DNA from: an uncultured delta proteobacterium
GTDB lineage: Bacteria > Desulfobacterota > Binatia > HRBIN30 > BPIQ01
NCBI GenBank assembly: GCA_963761335.1
Contig: CAVXGR010000012.1
Coordinates: 160,001-224,000 of the forward strand
Reading direction: 5' to 3'
DNA length: 64,000 bases
Position 1 is the first letter of the stretch. Every line of letters starts with the position of its first letter. Positions 44,856 through 53,681 of this stretch are shown piece by piece. The notes below the pieces were generated by a model, which was not told the DNA's origin, ran no database searches, and saw only the letters and a list, made by a program, of their open reading frames with translations. Made by a program: the position numbers and the translations under genes.

Positions 44856-46265
44856 ATGGATCAGCGCATCCTCGAGTTCACCAACGTCCTGCGGCAGAAC
44901 GGCGTCCGCATCTCCATGTCCGAGCACATGGACGCCTTCCACGCGCTGCAGATCGTCGGCCTCGGCGAGCGCACCGCCTTGAAGGACGTCCTCCGCGCCG
45001 CGCTGGTGAAGCGCAGCGTCGACCTGCCGGTCTACGACGAGCTCTTCGACATCTTCTTCACCGGGCTCGGGGAGATCATCAAGGGGAGCACCTCCCAGCT
45101 GCAGGCCGACATGCAGCTCACCGACGCGCAGCTGCAGAGCCTGATGGAGGCGCTGTCGCGCATCCTCGAGGAGCTCGACGTCGATCTCTCGGAGCTGGCG
45201 GAGGCGTTGCTGCGCAACGACACCGCGCGCCTCGAGCAGATGCTGCGCGAGGCGGGGGCGAAGGCCCAGATCGAGAACATCCAGCGACCCTTTCAAGAAG
45301 GGCGCTACAGCCATGCCGTGGCCCAGGCCGCCGGTCTCAACGAGCTCGCCAATGAGCTCGAGGCGCTCAAGCAGCAGCTCGACGGCGCCGCGCTGGACGC
45401 CGAGCAGCTGCAGCAGCTCAGGAAATTTCTCGATCGGCGCCTGCGCGACCTGACCGAGATCATCAAGCGCTACGTGAAGTCGGAGCTGGAGAAGCAGGAT
45501 CACACGCTGCGCGAGAACCTGCGCATGCAGAGCCTCGCGGAGAAGAGCTTCTACTATCTGTCCGAGGACGAGATCCGCCGCATGAAGGAGGCGGTCACCA
45601 AGCTGGCGCAGCGGCTGCGCAACGTCGTCGCCGTGCGCCGCAAGCGCGCCAAGCGCGGCAAGTTCGATGTCAAGGACACCTTGCGCAAGAACCTCCAGTA
45701 TGGCGGCGTGCCCTTCCGCATCCAGTTCGACCGGCGGGTTCGCGACAAGCCGCAGGTGCTCATCCTCTGCGACGTCTCCGACTCGGTGCGCAACGTCTCA
45801 CGCTTCATGCTGCAGTTCGTCTACTCCCTCCAGGATCTCTACTCGCGGGTGCGCAGCTTCATCTTCGTCAGCGACATCGGCGAGATCACCCGGCTGTTCG
45901 AGGAGCGGGACATCAACGAGGCGATCGAGGAAGCGCTCACCGGCAACATCATCAACGTCTTCGCCCACTCGGACTTCGGCCGCTCCTTTCGCAACTTTCA
46001 CCGCGATTACCTGTCCTGCGTGAACCACAAGACCTCAGTGATCATCCTCGGCGACGCGCGCAACAACTACAACCATCCGCACGAGTGGGTTCTCAAGGAG
46101 GTTCGCAGCCGCGCCAAGCAGGTGATCTGGCTCAATCCGGAGAACCGCCTCACCTGGGGATTCGGCGACAGCGAGATGGATCGTTATCAGCCGCATTGCG
46201 ACGTGGTCGAGGAGTGCCGCAACCTGAACCAGCTCTACCGCGTCATCGACCGCTTGGTCGTGTAG
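44856..46265 (+). CDS. CoxE-like VWA domain protein
   Basis: CDVSDSV MIDAS-like motif, ILGDARNN, WLNPE. Confidence 0.9.
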   Translation: MDQRILEFTNVLRQNGVRISMSEHMDAFHALQIVGLGERTALKDVLRAALVKRSVDLPVYDELFDIFFTGLGEIIKGSTSQLQADMQLTDAQLQSLMEALSRILEELDVDLSELAEALLRNDTARLEQMLREAGAKAQIENIQRPFQEGRYSHAVAQAAGLNELANELEALKQQLDGAALDAEQLQQLRKFLDRRLRDLTEIIKRYVKSELEKQDHTLRENLRMQSLAEKSFYYLSEDEIRRMKEAVTKLAQRLRNVVAVRRKRAKRGKFDVKDTLRKNLQYGGVPFRIQFDRRVRDKPQVLILCDVSDSVRNVSRFMLQFVYSLQDLYSRVRSFIFVSDIGEITRLFEERDINEAIEEALTGNIINVFAHSDFGRSFRNFHRDYLSCVNHKTSVIILGDARNNYNHPHEWVLKEVRSRAKQVIWLNPENRLTWGFGDSEMDRYQPHCDVVEECRNLNQLYRVIDRLVV

Positions 46266-46286
46266 ACTTCCTCGCGGAGAAAGGCA

Positions 46287-46316
46287 TTGACCTCTTCGGA
46301 GCTTTTGGTTCAGAAT
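46287..46316 (+). promoter_or_regulatory. Possible sigma70 promoter
   Basis: TTGACC-N18-CAGAAT upstream of the DUF151 gene. Confidence 0.4.
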
Positions 46317-46345
46317 GAAGCGCCACGATCGAGGAGAGCGGCTGC

Positions 46346-46858
46346 ATGCGCGATGATGTAATCCTGATGAGTGTTGGAGGGCTGACGCTCGATCCCGTAA
46401 CCAAGACGCCGATTGTGATCCTCAAGGACCCCGACAACAAGCTGAACCTGCCCATCTGGATTGGCCTGCTGGAAGCCACCGCCATGGCCACCGAGCTCGA
46501 GGGCATCGAGATGGCCCGACCGATGACCCACGATCTGCTGCGCAACATCATCGGCGAGATCGGCGCCAAGGTCGAGTCCGTGGAGATCACCGACCTCCGC
46601 GACAACACCTACTTTGCGCTGATCCATCTCACGCTCAGCGACAACCAGCTGACCGTCGACGCGCGCCCCAGCGACGCCATCTCCCTGGCGCTGCGCACCA
46701 AGAGCCCCATCTACGTCGCCAAACGCGTCCTGGAAAGCTCCAGCGTGCTCCAGCAGATGGAAGAGAACGCCGAGACCAACCTCTCGAACGTCTCCCGCGA
46801 CAAGTGGTCCGAGATTCTCGAGAAAATGACCCCGGACGACTTCAAGTACAAGATGTAA
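46346..46858 (+). CDS. Bifunctional nuclease family protein (DUF151)
   Basis: LPIWIG, RPMTHDL, DARPSDAISLALR. Confidence 0.93.
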   Translation: MRDDVILMSVGGLTLDPVTKTPIVILKDPDNKLNLPIWIGLLEATAMATELEGIEMARPMTHDLLRNIIGEIGAKVESVEITDLRDNTYFALIHLTLSDNQLTVDARPSDAISLALRTKSPIYVAKRVLESSSVLQQMEENAETNLSNVSRDKWSEILEKMTPDDFKYKM

Positions 46859-46895
46859 TTCTTCACCAAATCTCAATACGAAAGAAGAGATTTCC

Positions 46896-47552
46896 GTGCC
46901 GTCAACTGCCCGTATTCGGCGCAAAGATCTGCGCCGTCCCGACGAGTTCGTCACTCTGACCAACCGCTCCATGGCCTACGTCAAGGAGCATTCGCGCCAG
47001 GTCGGCTGGATCGCCGCCGTAGCGGCGGTGGCCCTGATTGCGGTGATTGCCTTCTTCTCGGCGCGCAGCAACCAGGCACGGCGCGCCAGCGACGTTCTCG
47101 GCCGCGGCCTCGGCGCCTTCAAGGGCGGCAACTACGAGGAGGCGATTGCCGAGTTCCGCAACTACGGCGACGAGTCGAGCCACAGCCCGATCGGTCCGCC
47201 ACAGCTCTACGTGGGCGAGGCGCAGCTGGCCACGGGCAAGTACGACGACGCCGCCGCGGCGCTGCAGAAGGCCGCCCCGGAAGCGCAGGTGCCGTACGTG
47301 CGCCAGTCGGGTCTGGTGTCGCTCGGGTACGCTCTCGAGGAGAAGAAGGATTACGCCGGCGCCGCCGATCGCTTTCACGCGGCGGCGGAGATCTCCGGTC
47401 CGTACACGGCGGTTGCGGTTCTCGGCGAGGCCCGCAACCGCGAGCTCGCCGGCGACAAGGCCGCCGCCAAGGAAGCCTACAGCCGCTACATCCAGGAGTA
47501 CCCGCAGGCGCCGGAGCGCGCCATGGCCGAAGCGCGCCGCGACCGGCTGTAG
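46896..47552 (+). CDS. Membrane-anchored TPR protein (YfgM-like)
   Basis: RKDLRRPDEF, single TM helix, TPR-like helices. Confidence 0.75.
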   Translation: MPSTARIRRKDLRRPDEFVTLTNRSMAYVKEHSRQVGWIAAVAAVALIAVIAFFSARSNQARRASDVLGRGLGAFKGGNYEEAIAEFRNYGDESSHSPIGPPQLYVGEAQLATGKYDDAAAALQKAAPEAQVPYVRQSGLVSLGYALEEKKDYAGAADRFHAAAEISGPYTAVAVLGEARNRELAGDKAAAKEAYSRYIQEYPQAPERAMAEARRDRL

Positions 47553-47558
47553 GGAAGG

Positions 47559-47707
47559 GCGTTGGGTGTTGGGGTGCTGGGTGTTGGGGGAAAAAGGACA
47601 TCCCGAGCCAACTTAACGTAACATATCTTATCAGACGTTCCGGCCGCACCGTTAGCCTCTCGGTCGGCTCCCCGAACCTAACAACCTAAAGACCCAACAA
47701 CCTGCCT
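47559..47707. repeat. Imperfect palindrome of 7-8-nt tandem units (repeat family A)
   Basis: GTGTTGGG-like left units; CTAACAAC-CTAAAGAC-CCAACAAC-CTGCCT right arm. Confidence 0.7.
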
Positions 47708-47712
47708 CTCTC

Positions 47713-48867
47713 TCAGCTTTCCCGCTGCGCGGGATCGAAGAGCTTGGCGTGTTCCTCGACGGCGAAGCGGTCGGTCATGCCGGCGATGTAATCGGCGACC
47801 ACCCGGGCGATCGTCTCGCCGCTCTGGCAGCGGCGCAGGATGTGCGGCGGCAGCTGCCGGGGCTCCTCCATGTAGGCCTCGAAGAGCATCTGCATGGCCC
47901 GCTGCGCCTTGCGCGTCATGCGGATCACCCGCGGGTGCATGTAGAGGTTCTCCATCAGGAACACCTTGAGCGCCACCACCTTGGGTGCCAGCTCCGAGCT
48001 GAAGCCGACCAGCGGCTGGCGCTGCTGGCGAACGGCGGCGAGCGAGCTGATGCCGTGCTCCTCGAGACGCCCTCGCACCGTCCCCAGCAGATCAGTGACC
48101 AGGCGGTCGATCAGCAGCCGGATCCCCTGGTAGCGCTCGATCCCCGCTTCCAGATGGGGGTGGCGTTCGCGCACCGCCGAGACGCACTCCTGCCACAGAT
48201 CCACCTGCTCGAGCGCCGCCGCATCGAGCATCTGCGACTCGAGCCCGTCGTCGATGTCGTGGCTGTTGTAGGCGATCTCGTCGGCGTGGTCGACGATCTG
48301 TGCCTCCAGCGACGGCGCCAGGCCGGGATCGTACGCCGCCGCCAGCGGCCGGTCGTACGGCGGTGAGTGCTTGACGATTCCCTCGCGCACCTCGTAAGTG
48401 AGATTGAGGCCGTCGAATTCGGGATAGCGGCGCTCCAGCCGCTCGACGATGCGCAGGCTCTGGGCGTTGTGCTCAAAGCCGCCGTACGGCTGCATCAGCT
48501 GGTTCAGGATGCGCTCGCCGGCGTGGCCGAAGGGCGTGTGCCCGAGGTCGTGCGACAGCGCCACCGCCTCCGCCAGATCCTCGTTCAGCCGCAGCGCCCG
48601 CGCCAGGGTGCGCGCGATCTGCGCCGCCTCCATGGTGTGCGTCAGGCGCGTGCGGTAGTAGTCCCCTTCATGATTGACGAACACCTGCGTCTTGTACTCG
48701 AGCCGCCGAAAGGCCGACGAGTGCACGATGCGATCGCGGTCGCGCTGGAACGCCGTGCGCATCGGATGCTCCGGCTCCGGATGCGCGCGCCCGCGGCTGG
48801 TGTGGCTGTGGGCCGCGTAGGGCGCCAGAACACGCTCCTCGAAGTCGTCGCCGCGGCGCTCTGCCAT
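47713..48867 (-). CDS. dgt: Deoxyguanosinetriphosphate triphosphohydrolase (HD family)
   Basis: FQRDRDRI, FRRLEYKTQVF, RTRLTH, HDLGHTPFGHAGE, DYIAGMTD. Confidence 0.93.
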   Translation of the reverse strand: MAERRGDDFEERVLAPYAAHSHTSRGRAHPEPEHPMRTAFQRDRDRIVHSSAFRRLEYKTQVFVNHEGDYYRTRLTHTMEAAQIARTLARALRLNEDLAEAVALSHDLGHTPFGHAGERILNQLMQPYGGFEHNAQSLRIVERLERRYPEFDGLNLTYEVREGIVKHSPPYDRPLAAAYDPGLAPSLEAQIVDHADEIAYNSHDIDDGLESQMLDAAALEQVDLWQECVSAVRERHPHLEAGIERYQGIRLLIDRLVTDLLGTVRGRLEEHGISSLAAVRQQRQPLVGFSSELAPKVVALKVFLMENLYMHPRVIRMTRKAQRAMQMLFEAYMEEPRQLPPHILRRCQSGETIARVVADYIAGMTDRFAVEEHAKLFDPAQRES

Positions 48868-49158
48868 TGCCCTGCGGTATAGACCCGCGGCGACGGCGCA
48901 GGCAAGTCGGGCGCCGCATTGCCGCCGCCGAGCGCCATCGCGCCGACGCTCGCCGCCGCACATGCCATGCGCGACGGGCACCCGCGGCCGCCGCTTCACT
49001 CGGGGTGAGCCGACACCCTCCCCTCGCCCGACATTGGTAAGGAGTTTGCTCGGTAGACAGCGCATGCGGCACGCCTGGTCTACCCTTGACATCCGTGGCG
49101 CCGAAGGCGATGACCTGCGGACCGATGATCATCTACCGGCCAGGCTGGCCGACGGAAC

Positions 49159-50070
49159 ATGAACAGCGAACGTCCGGTCATCCTGGCTGTGTCGAGCTCG
49201 GAGCAGCAGCGCGAGACCGTTGCCATCATGCTCGATCCGGGCTTCGAGGTGATCACCGTCGCTTCGCTGGAGGGATCCCGCGGCGCGCCGCGGCGCCCCC
49301 TGGTCATCGTCCTCTCGCCGGACAGCTGGGACGAGCTGCTGCTCGAGGAGGCGCGCGCCCGCTGGCCGCAAACCCCTCTCGTCCTCGTCGATCCCTCCGA
49401 AGGTGTGCGCCGCTGCCATCCCGACGCCCTGGTCGCCACTTGGAGCGATCCCTTCTCCCTGCCGCTGGCGGTGGCCTGCGCCGTCCGCGAGCCGGAGACG
49501 CGCCTCCCGCCACCGGAAGCGCTGCGTTTCCTGGAGCGCGCTGCCGCCGAGCTGCGCCCGGCGCTGCGGCGCTCGCAGATGATGGCGCAGCTCGCCGATC
49601 TCGCCTCGCTTCCCGCATCGAGGCAGGCGACCGCCAGCCTCCTGCGCGAGCAGCTCGCGGCGTTGCTCGAGCGGCTCGTCTGGGTCGATGCGGCCGCTCC
49701 CTCCGCTTCGGCGGTGCGCGAGCTCGATTTCGCCGCGGCACTGGCCGCGGAGATCGACGCGGAGGCGACGCGTTTCGCCTGTCGCGGGCTGTGGCCGCGC
49801 TGGCGCCATCGCGACCGTTTCATCGTGCGGGGCGCTCCGGAATGGATCGGCGCGGCGGCTCGCTGTCTGCGCACCTTCCTGCTCGAGCTCGGCGGCGCCG
49901 GCGACATCGTCATCGAATCCCGCTCCTCGGCGCTCATCTGCCACCACGATCAACTCGACGCCGGCTGCCAGACCCTCGCACTGGCGGTGGCGCGGCGGCT
50001 GCTCGCCTCGACCGGCGCCGAGATGCATCTCGATCCCGGCCAGCTGCGCATCGTCACCCCAACTTCGTGA
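49159..50070 (+). CDS. Hypothetical protein: degenerate receiver-like plus degenerate kinase-ATPase-like regions
   Basis: PVILAVSS...GFEVITVAS; C-terminal TLALAVARRLL..TGA. Confidence 0.5.
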   Translation: MNSERPVILAVSSSEQQRETVAIMLDPGFEVITVASLEGSRGAPRRPLVIVLSPDSWDELLLEEARARWPQTPLVLVDPSEGVRRCHPDALVATWSDPFSLPLAVACAVREPETRLPPPEALRFLERAAAELRPALRRSQMMAQLADLASLPASRQATASLLREQLAALLERLVWVDAAAPSASAVRELDFAAALAAEIDAEATRFACRGLWPRWRHRDRFIVRGAPEWIGAAARCLRTFLLELGGAGDIVIESRSSALICHHDQLDAGCQTLALAVARRLLASTGAEMHLDPGQLRIVTPTS

Positions 50071-50101
50071 TGCCGCCGACCACCACCGGGCGAGGCCGAC
50101 C

Positions 50102-51070
50102 GTGAGGGTCGCCGACGTCATCCACTTCGGGCGCGTGCGCCGCAGAATCGCCCGACAGTGGGACGACCTGCGCGTCGCCCGCGGCCTGAGCGGCATCTCC
50201 AGCCTGGTCTTCCACCCGCCGCCCGGCCGCGAGCTGATCGACCTGGTGCTGCCGCTCGTCGGCTCGGTGACGCAGGCGGTGACGGCGATCTTCCCGGTTC
50301 CGGCGGGCCGCGGGCGCCTGCGTGTCGTCCCCCCTCCGCGCCCGCTGGCGGCCGCCGAGCGCGCCCTGGTGGCACTGCTGGCGGCCGCCAGCCTCAGCCC
50401 GGAAGACGATGCGCCGCTGCAGCTCGCCCTGCAGCGGCGCAGCGCCGAGCGCGGCGTCGATCTGCAGCGCGTGCTGAGCGCCGCCGAGAGCTCGCTGCCC
50501 CGGGCGGTCCGCGATCGCCTGCTGGAGAAGCTGCAGCCGACCCCGTACGTGGTCGTCCCGGTGCTCCGCAGCGGCGCCGTCGAGGCCCTCCTGATCGCCG
50601 CGCTCGACGCGGAAGGCGACGGCGACGAGCTCGGCGGCAACCTGCAGCGGATCGCCACGCGCCTGACCCTCGGTGAGCCCCTGCAGCGCCGGAAGACCCG
50701 CGCCGCCGAGAAGCGGCGGCCACGGCGCAAGCCGCCCTATGACGCCGAGATCGTGCTCTGGCTCGATGCCGAAGGCCTGGTCGCCAGCAAGGAGGAGCTC
50801 CAGGAAGAGTGGCACCTGGAAGCGCCTGCCTCGCTCGCGGAGATCCTCGGGGAGAGCTTGCTGCAGAAGCGACTGGAGCTGGCGCAGCGGCAGGGGCAGA
50901 CGGATACCGAGCCGGTCATCCTGCCGGACGGCACCCCGGCACAGCTGTCGCTGGTGGCCTTGACGGATGCCGACGGCAACGTCTGGGGCTACGCCGCCCT
51001 GCTCCGCCGTACCCTCCGCGCCCTCACTCCGGTGACGAGACCTTCTCCACCAGCATCTGCTCCCCGTTGA
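50102..51070 (+). CDS. Hypothetical protein with GAF-like and PAS/PAC-like segments
   Basis: YVVVPVL...ALLIAAL; LWLDAEG...LPDGTP..LSLVALTDADGNVWGYAALLR; start uncertain. Confidence 0.5.
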   Translation: MRVADVIHFGRVRRRIARQWDDLRVARGLSGISSLVFHPPPGRELIDLVLPLVGSVTQAVTAIFPVPAGRGRLRVVPPPRPLAAAERALVALLAAASLSPEDDAPLQLALQRRSAERGVDLQRVLSAAESSLPRAVRDRLLEKLQPTPYVVVPVLRSGAVEALLIAALDAEGDGDELGGNLQRIATRLTLGEPLQRRKTRAAEKRRPRRKPPYDAEIVLWLDAEGLVASKEELQEEWHLEAPASLAEILGESLLQKRLELAQRQGQTDTEPVILPDGTPAQLSLVALTDADGNVWGYAALLRRTLRALTPVTRPSPPASAPR

Positions 51071-52481
51071 TCCGCCAGCCTGCGGGCGTGCTCTCCCAGC
51101 TCAGCTCCTTGGCGCCCGTCGATATCTGCAGCGCCGAGCGATAGCGCTGCTGCGTCAGGGTGACGGCTCCGTCTCCCGTCAGCAACACCACCGCCGGAGC
51201 CGAGTGCTCGACCGAGACGTCGCCGCTCAGCGAGAAGATTCGCTGGCGCTGCTGCACCCACGACTCGTGGCTGCCCTGCGGCGCATAGGAAGAAATGTAG
51301 CTGTCGATGTAGGCGTTGAGATCCTTGTGGTCCCAGGCGCTCGACCACGCGTGAAAGGCGGCCAGCAGCTGCTCGCGCACCGAGGCATCCTGGCCCGAGG
51401 ACACGCCGTCGAGACTGGAGGTCACCAGGATCGGCGTGAGGTATGGCTCGACCGCTTCGGAGACGCGCTGCAGATCCGCCTCCGACAGCAGCACGGCGGT
51501 CGAAGACTTTCCCGCGGCGCGCAGCGTGAGCGATGGCCCCTGCCCGGCCACCGCCTGCAGCGTCAGCTTGCCGTTGCTGCCGCTGGCGACGTAGAGCGTG
51601 TCCGCCGAGGGAAGTCGCGACCCGGCGGCGATCGGAAAGCCGACCAGCAGCCGCACCGCATCCCCCTTCTGCTCGTAGAGCCAGAGGTGATCGCCGGCGA
51701 TGACCACGCCGTGCGCGCCCGCCGGGCCCAGCGCCAGAAACTGTCGTGGCTGCTGCCCGGCCATCGCCGCGGCGCCCGGCGCCGCCTGCGGAGAGGCCGC
51801 GGCCACGGCCGGCGTCGCGATCGGCGCCGGGGGCACCGTCGGCTTGCTTTCCGCCTGCGCATGCGATTCCGGCGGCGTTGCTGCCTCGCCGCCACTCGAG
51901 GCCAGCAGTCGCGCCCGATCGAGCAACGCCGCGCGCTCATCCGCGGGAGCGGCCGCGGCCGCCTCCACGAAGGCTTCGCTCGCCAGCCGCGCGTAGAGCT
52001 CGGCCAGGTTCTTGCGCCCGCGATAGTAGTCCGGCCGCAGCTCCAGAACCCGCTGCAGCTCGGTGAGCGCCTGCGCGTTCTTTCCCTGCTCGGCGTAGAT
52101 CACGGCGAGATTGTTGTGTGCCTCGAAGGACTGCGGGTCCTGGCGAATGACCGCCTGGAAGTGCTGCGCGGCCCGATCGAGATCGCCCTTCGACATCGCC
52201 AGCAAGCCGGCGGTGAACTCCTTCGCCGGGTCGACGGCCGCGTCCGTGCCGGACTTCTTGCCGGCGCCCGCCTCCGGATCGCCGCCGGCGGCGATCCGGT
52301 CGGCCTCGGCGAGGACCTTCGTCGCTTCGTCGAGCTTCCCCTGTTGGCGCAGCTGCAACGCCTTCTGGGTCAGCTGACGAATGCGGTCCTCGCGGCGCTG
52401 CTCGCCAGCCGACGCTTGCAGCGCTCCACCGAGCACCACGGCCAACACCACTCCCACCACGATCGTTCGCATCTCTTCCAC
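51024..52481 (-). CDS. Secreted TPR protein with degenerate YkuD-like and Csd6/NTF2-like C-terminal domains
   Basis: Signal peptide; EAHNNLAVIY TPR; AWSSAWDHKDLNAYIDSY...QQRYRS...KELSW...WRINGE. Confidence 0.7.
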   Translation of the reverse strand: MEEMRTIVVGVVLAVVLGGALQASAGEQRREDRIRQLTQKALQLRQQGKLDEATKVLAEADRIAAGGDPEAGAGKKSGTDAAVDPAKEFTAGLLAMSKGDLDRAAQHFQAVIRQDPQSFEAHNNLAVIYAEQGKNAQALTELQRVLELRPDYYRGRKNLAELYARLASEAFVEAAAAAPADERAALLDRARLLASSGGEAATPPESHAQAESKPTVPPAPIATPAVAAASPQAAPGAAAMAGQQPRQFLALGPAGAHGVVIAGDHLWLYEQKGDAVRLLVGFPIAAGSRLPSADTLYVASGSNGKLTLQAVAGQGPSLTLRAAGKSSTAVLLSEADLQRVSEAVEPYLTPILVTSSLDGVSSGQDASVREQLLAAFHAWSSAWDHKDLNAYIDSYISSYAPQGSHESWVQQRQRIFSLSGDVSVEHSAPAVVLLTGDGAVTLTQQRYRSALQISTGAKELSWESTPAGWRINGEQMLVEKVSSPE

Positions 52482-52492
52482 TCCCTGTGTTC

Positions 52493-53668
52493 TCAGGCAT
52501 GAACCCGCGCCGGCGCCGAGTCCGGCTGCTCGCGAGAGTCGTCGCCGCGGGCTTGAATCACCAGCGCGGCGCGCTCCGCAACAACGCGCAAACCGGCGCG
52601 CACGCGGTCATCGATCGTCTGCGCCGCCGCCAGTAGAGCGCACCCCTGGTCACCGCTGATGACGGGAACCACCAGAAAGCCGACCGGCCAGGACTGATCC
52701 AGGCGCTCGACGACGCCCTCGGCCAGGGCGCGCACCGAGCCATCGCTCAGCTCGTGCAGGTTTGCCGCCTCCTCCTCGGAGCCGGCGCGGATGGCGCGTG
52801 CCAGTGGGTTGGTCTCCGCCGTCAATGGCACGCGCAGGTTCTGCAGGATCCACTCGCCGGTCTGCTCGACCTCGGAGCCGCTGACGGTGCCGCCGGTCGA
52901 GCGCACGCGCACCACGCCGCCCTCGACCTCGGCGGCGTAGACGCGCCCGCCGGTGAGCTCCGCGCCACTGCGCAGAACCACCTTCCACAAGCTCTCGCGG
53001 CTGCCGCCGCTGGCGAAGGAGTCGACGATCGCCTCCAGCGCCGCCGCCTCACCGAACGCCTGCGCGGCGCGCCGCTGCTCGCGCGAGGCGCGCAGCAGTG
53101 CCACGGCTCCGGCGATGCAGACCGACAGCAGGGCGGCGAGAGCCACCAGCGGCGCCGCCACCCCGCCGCCGCCGAACATCGCCCGGCCTCGATAGGTGGT
53201 CTCGATCTGCAAGGCCGTTGCGGCGCTCAGCAGCGGCGCGGTACCGCCGTCCAGCAGGGAGTCGATTCCGGCGCCCCGTCCCAGACCCCAGCCCAGCGCC
53301 AGCCCCAGCAACGCCAGCGCCGAAAGCCGGAAACCGCTGCTGATTTGCGCTCCGGCGAGCACCAGCAGCGACAGGAGAGCCACGGCGCTCGCCTGCCCGC
53401 CGCCGCCGCTGATGAGCACTCCGAGCAGAAGCCCGTCGAGCGGATAGCCGTAGGCCAGCACCTCCGGCTGCAGCCGGCCCCGCCACACCCCCAGGTAGGC
53501 GGCCGCGTAGAGCAGGCCCGCGACGGCGGCGATCCACACCACCGGAGGGCTCACCCACCAGCCCGCCGCGCTCGCCCCGACGATTGCGCCGACCAGGAAG
53601 AGGCGCAGCAGCGCCGTCGCCGGCCAGACGATGCGCAGCCATCCGGACTCCAATCTCATGCGCGCCAT
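52493..53668 (-). CDS. Membrane protein with C-terminal GAF-like domain
   Basis: About six TM helices; LRVPL...NPLARAI...FLVVPV...AERAAL. Confidence 0.55.
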   Translation of the reverse strand: MARMRLESGWLRIVWPATALLRLFLVGAIVGASAAGWWVSPPVVWIAAVAGLLYAAAYLGVWRGRLQPEVLAYGYPLDGLLLGVLISGGGGQASAVALLSLLVLAGAQISSGFRLSALALLGLALGWGLGRGAGIDSLLDGGTAPLLSAATALQIETTYRGRAMFGGGGVAAPLVALAALLSVCIAGAVALLRASREQRRAAQAFGEAAALEAIVDSFASGGSRESLWKVVLRSGAELTGGRVYAAEVEGGVVRVRSTGGTVSGSEVEQTGEWILQNLRVPLTAETNPLARAIRAGSEEEAANLHELSDGSVRALAEGVVERLDQSWPVGFLVVPVISGDQGCALLAAAQTIDDRVRAGLRVVAERAALVIQARGDDSREQPDSAPARVHA

Positions 53669-53681
53669 CCTACCTCAATTT

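Noticed and set aside
49052..49114. GGTAGAC...GTCTACC inverted repeat beside TTGACA as operator/promoter
   Set aside because: No convincing -10 element at the proper spacing and the arms are short.
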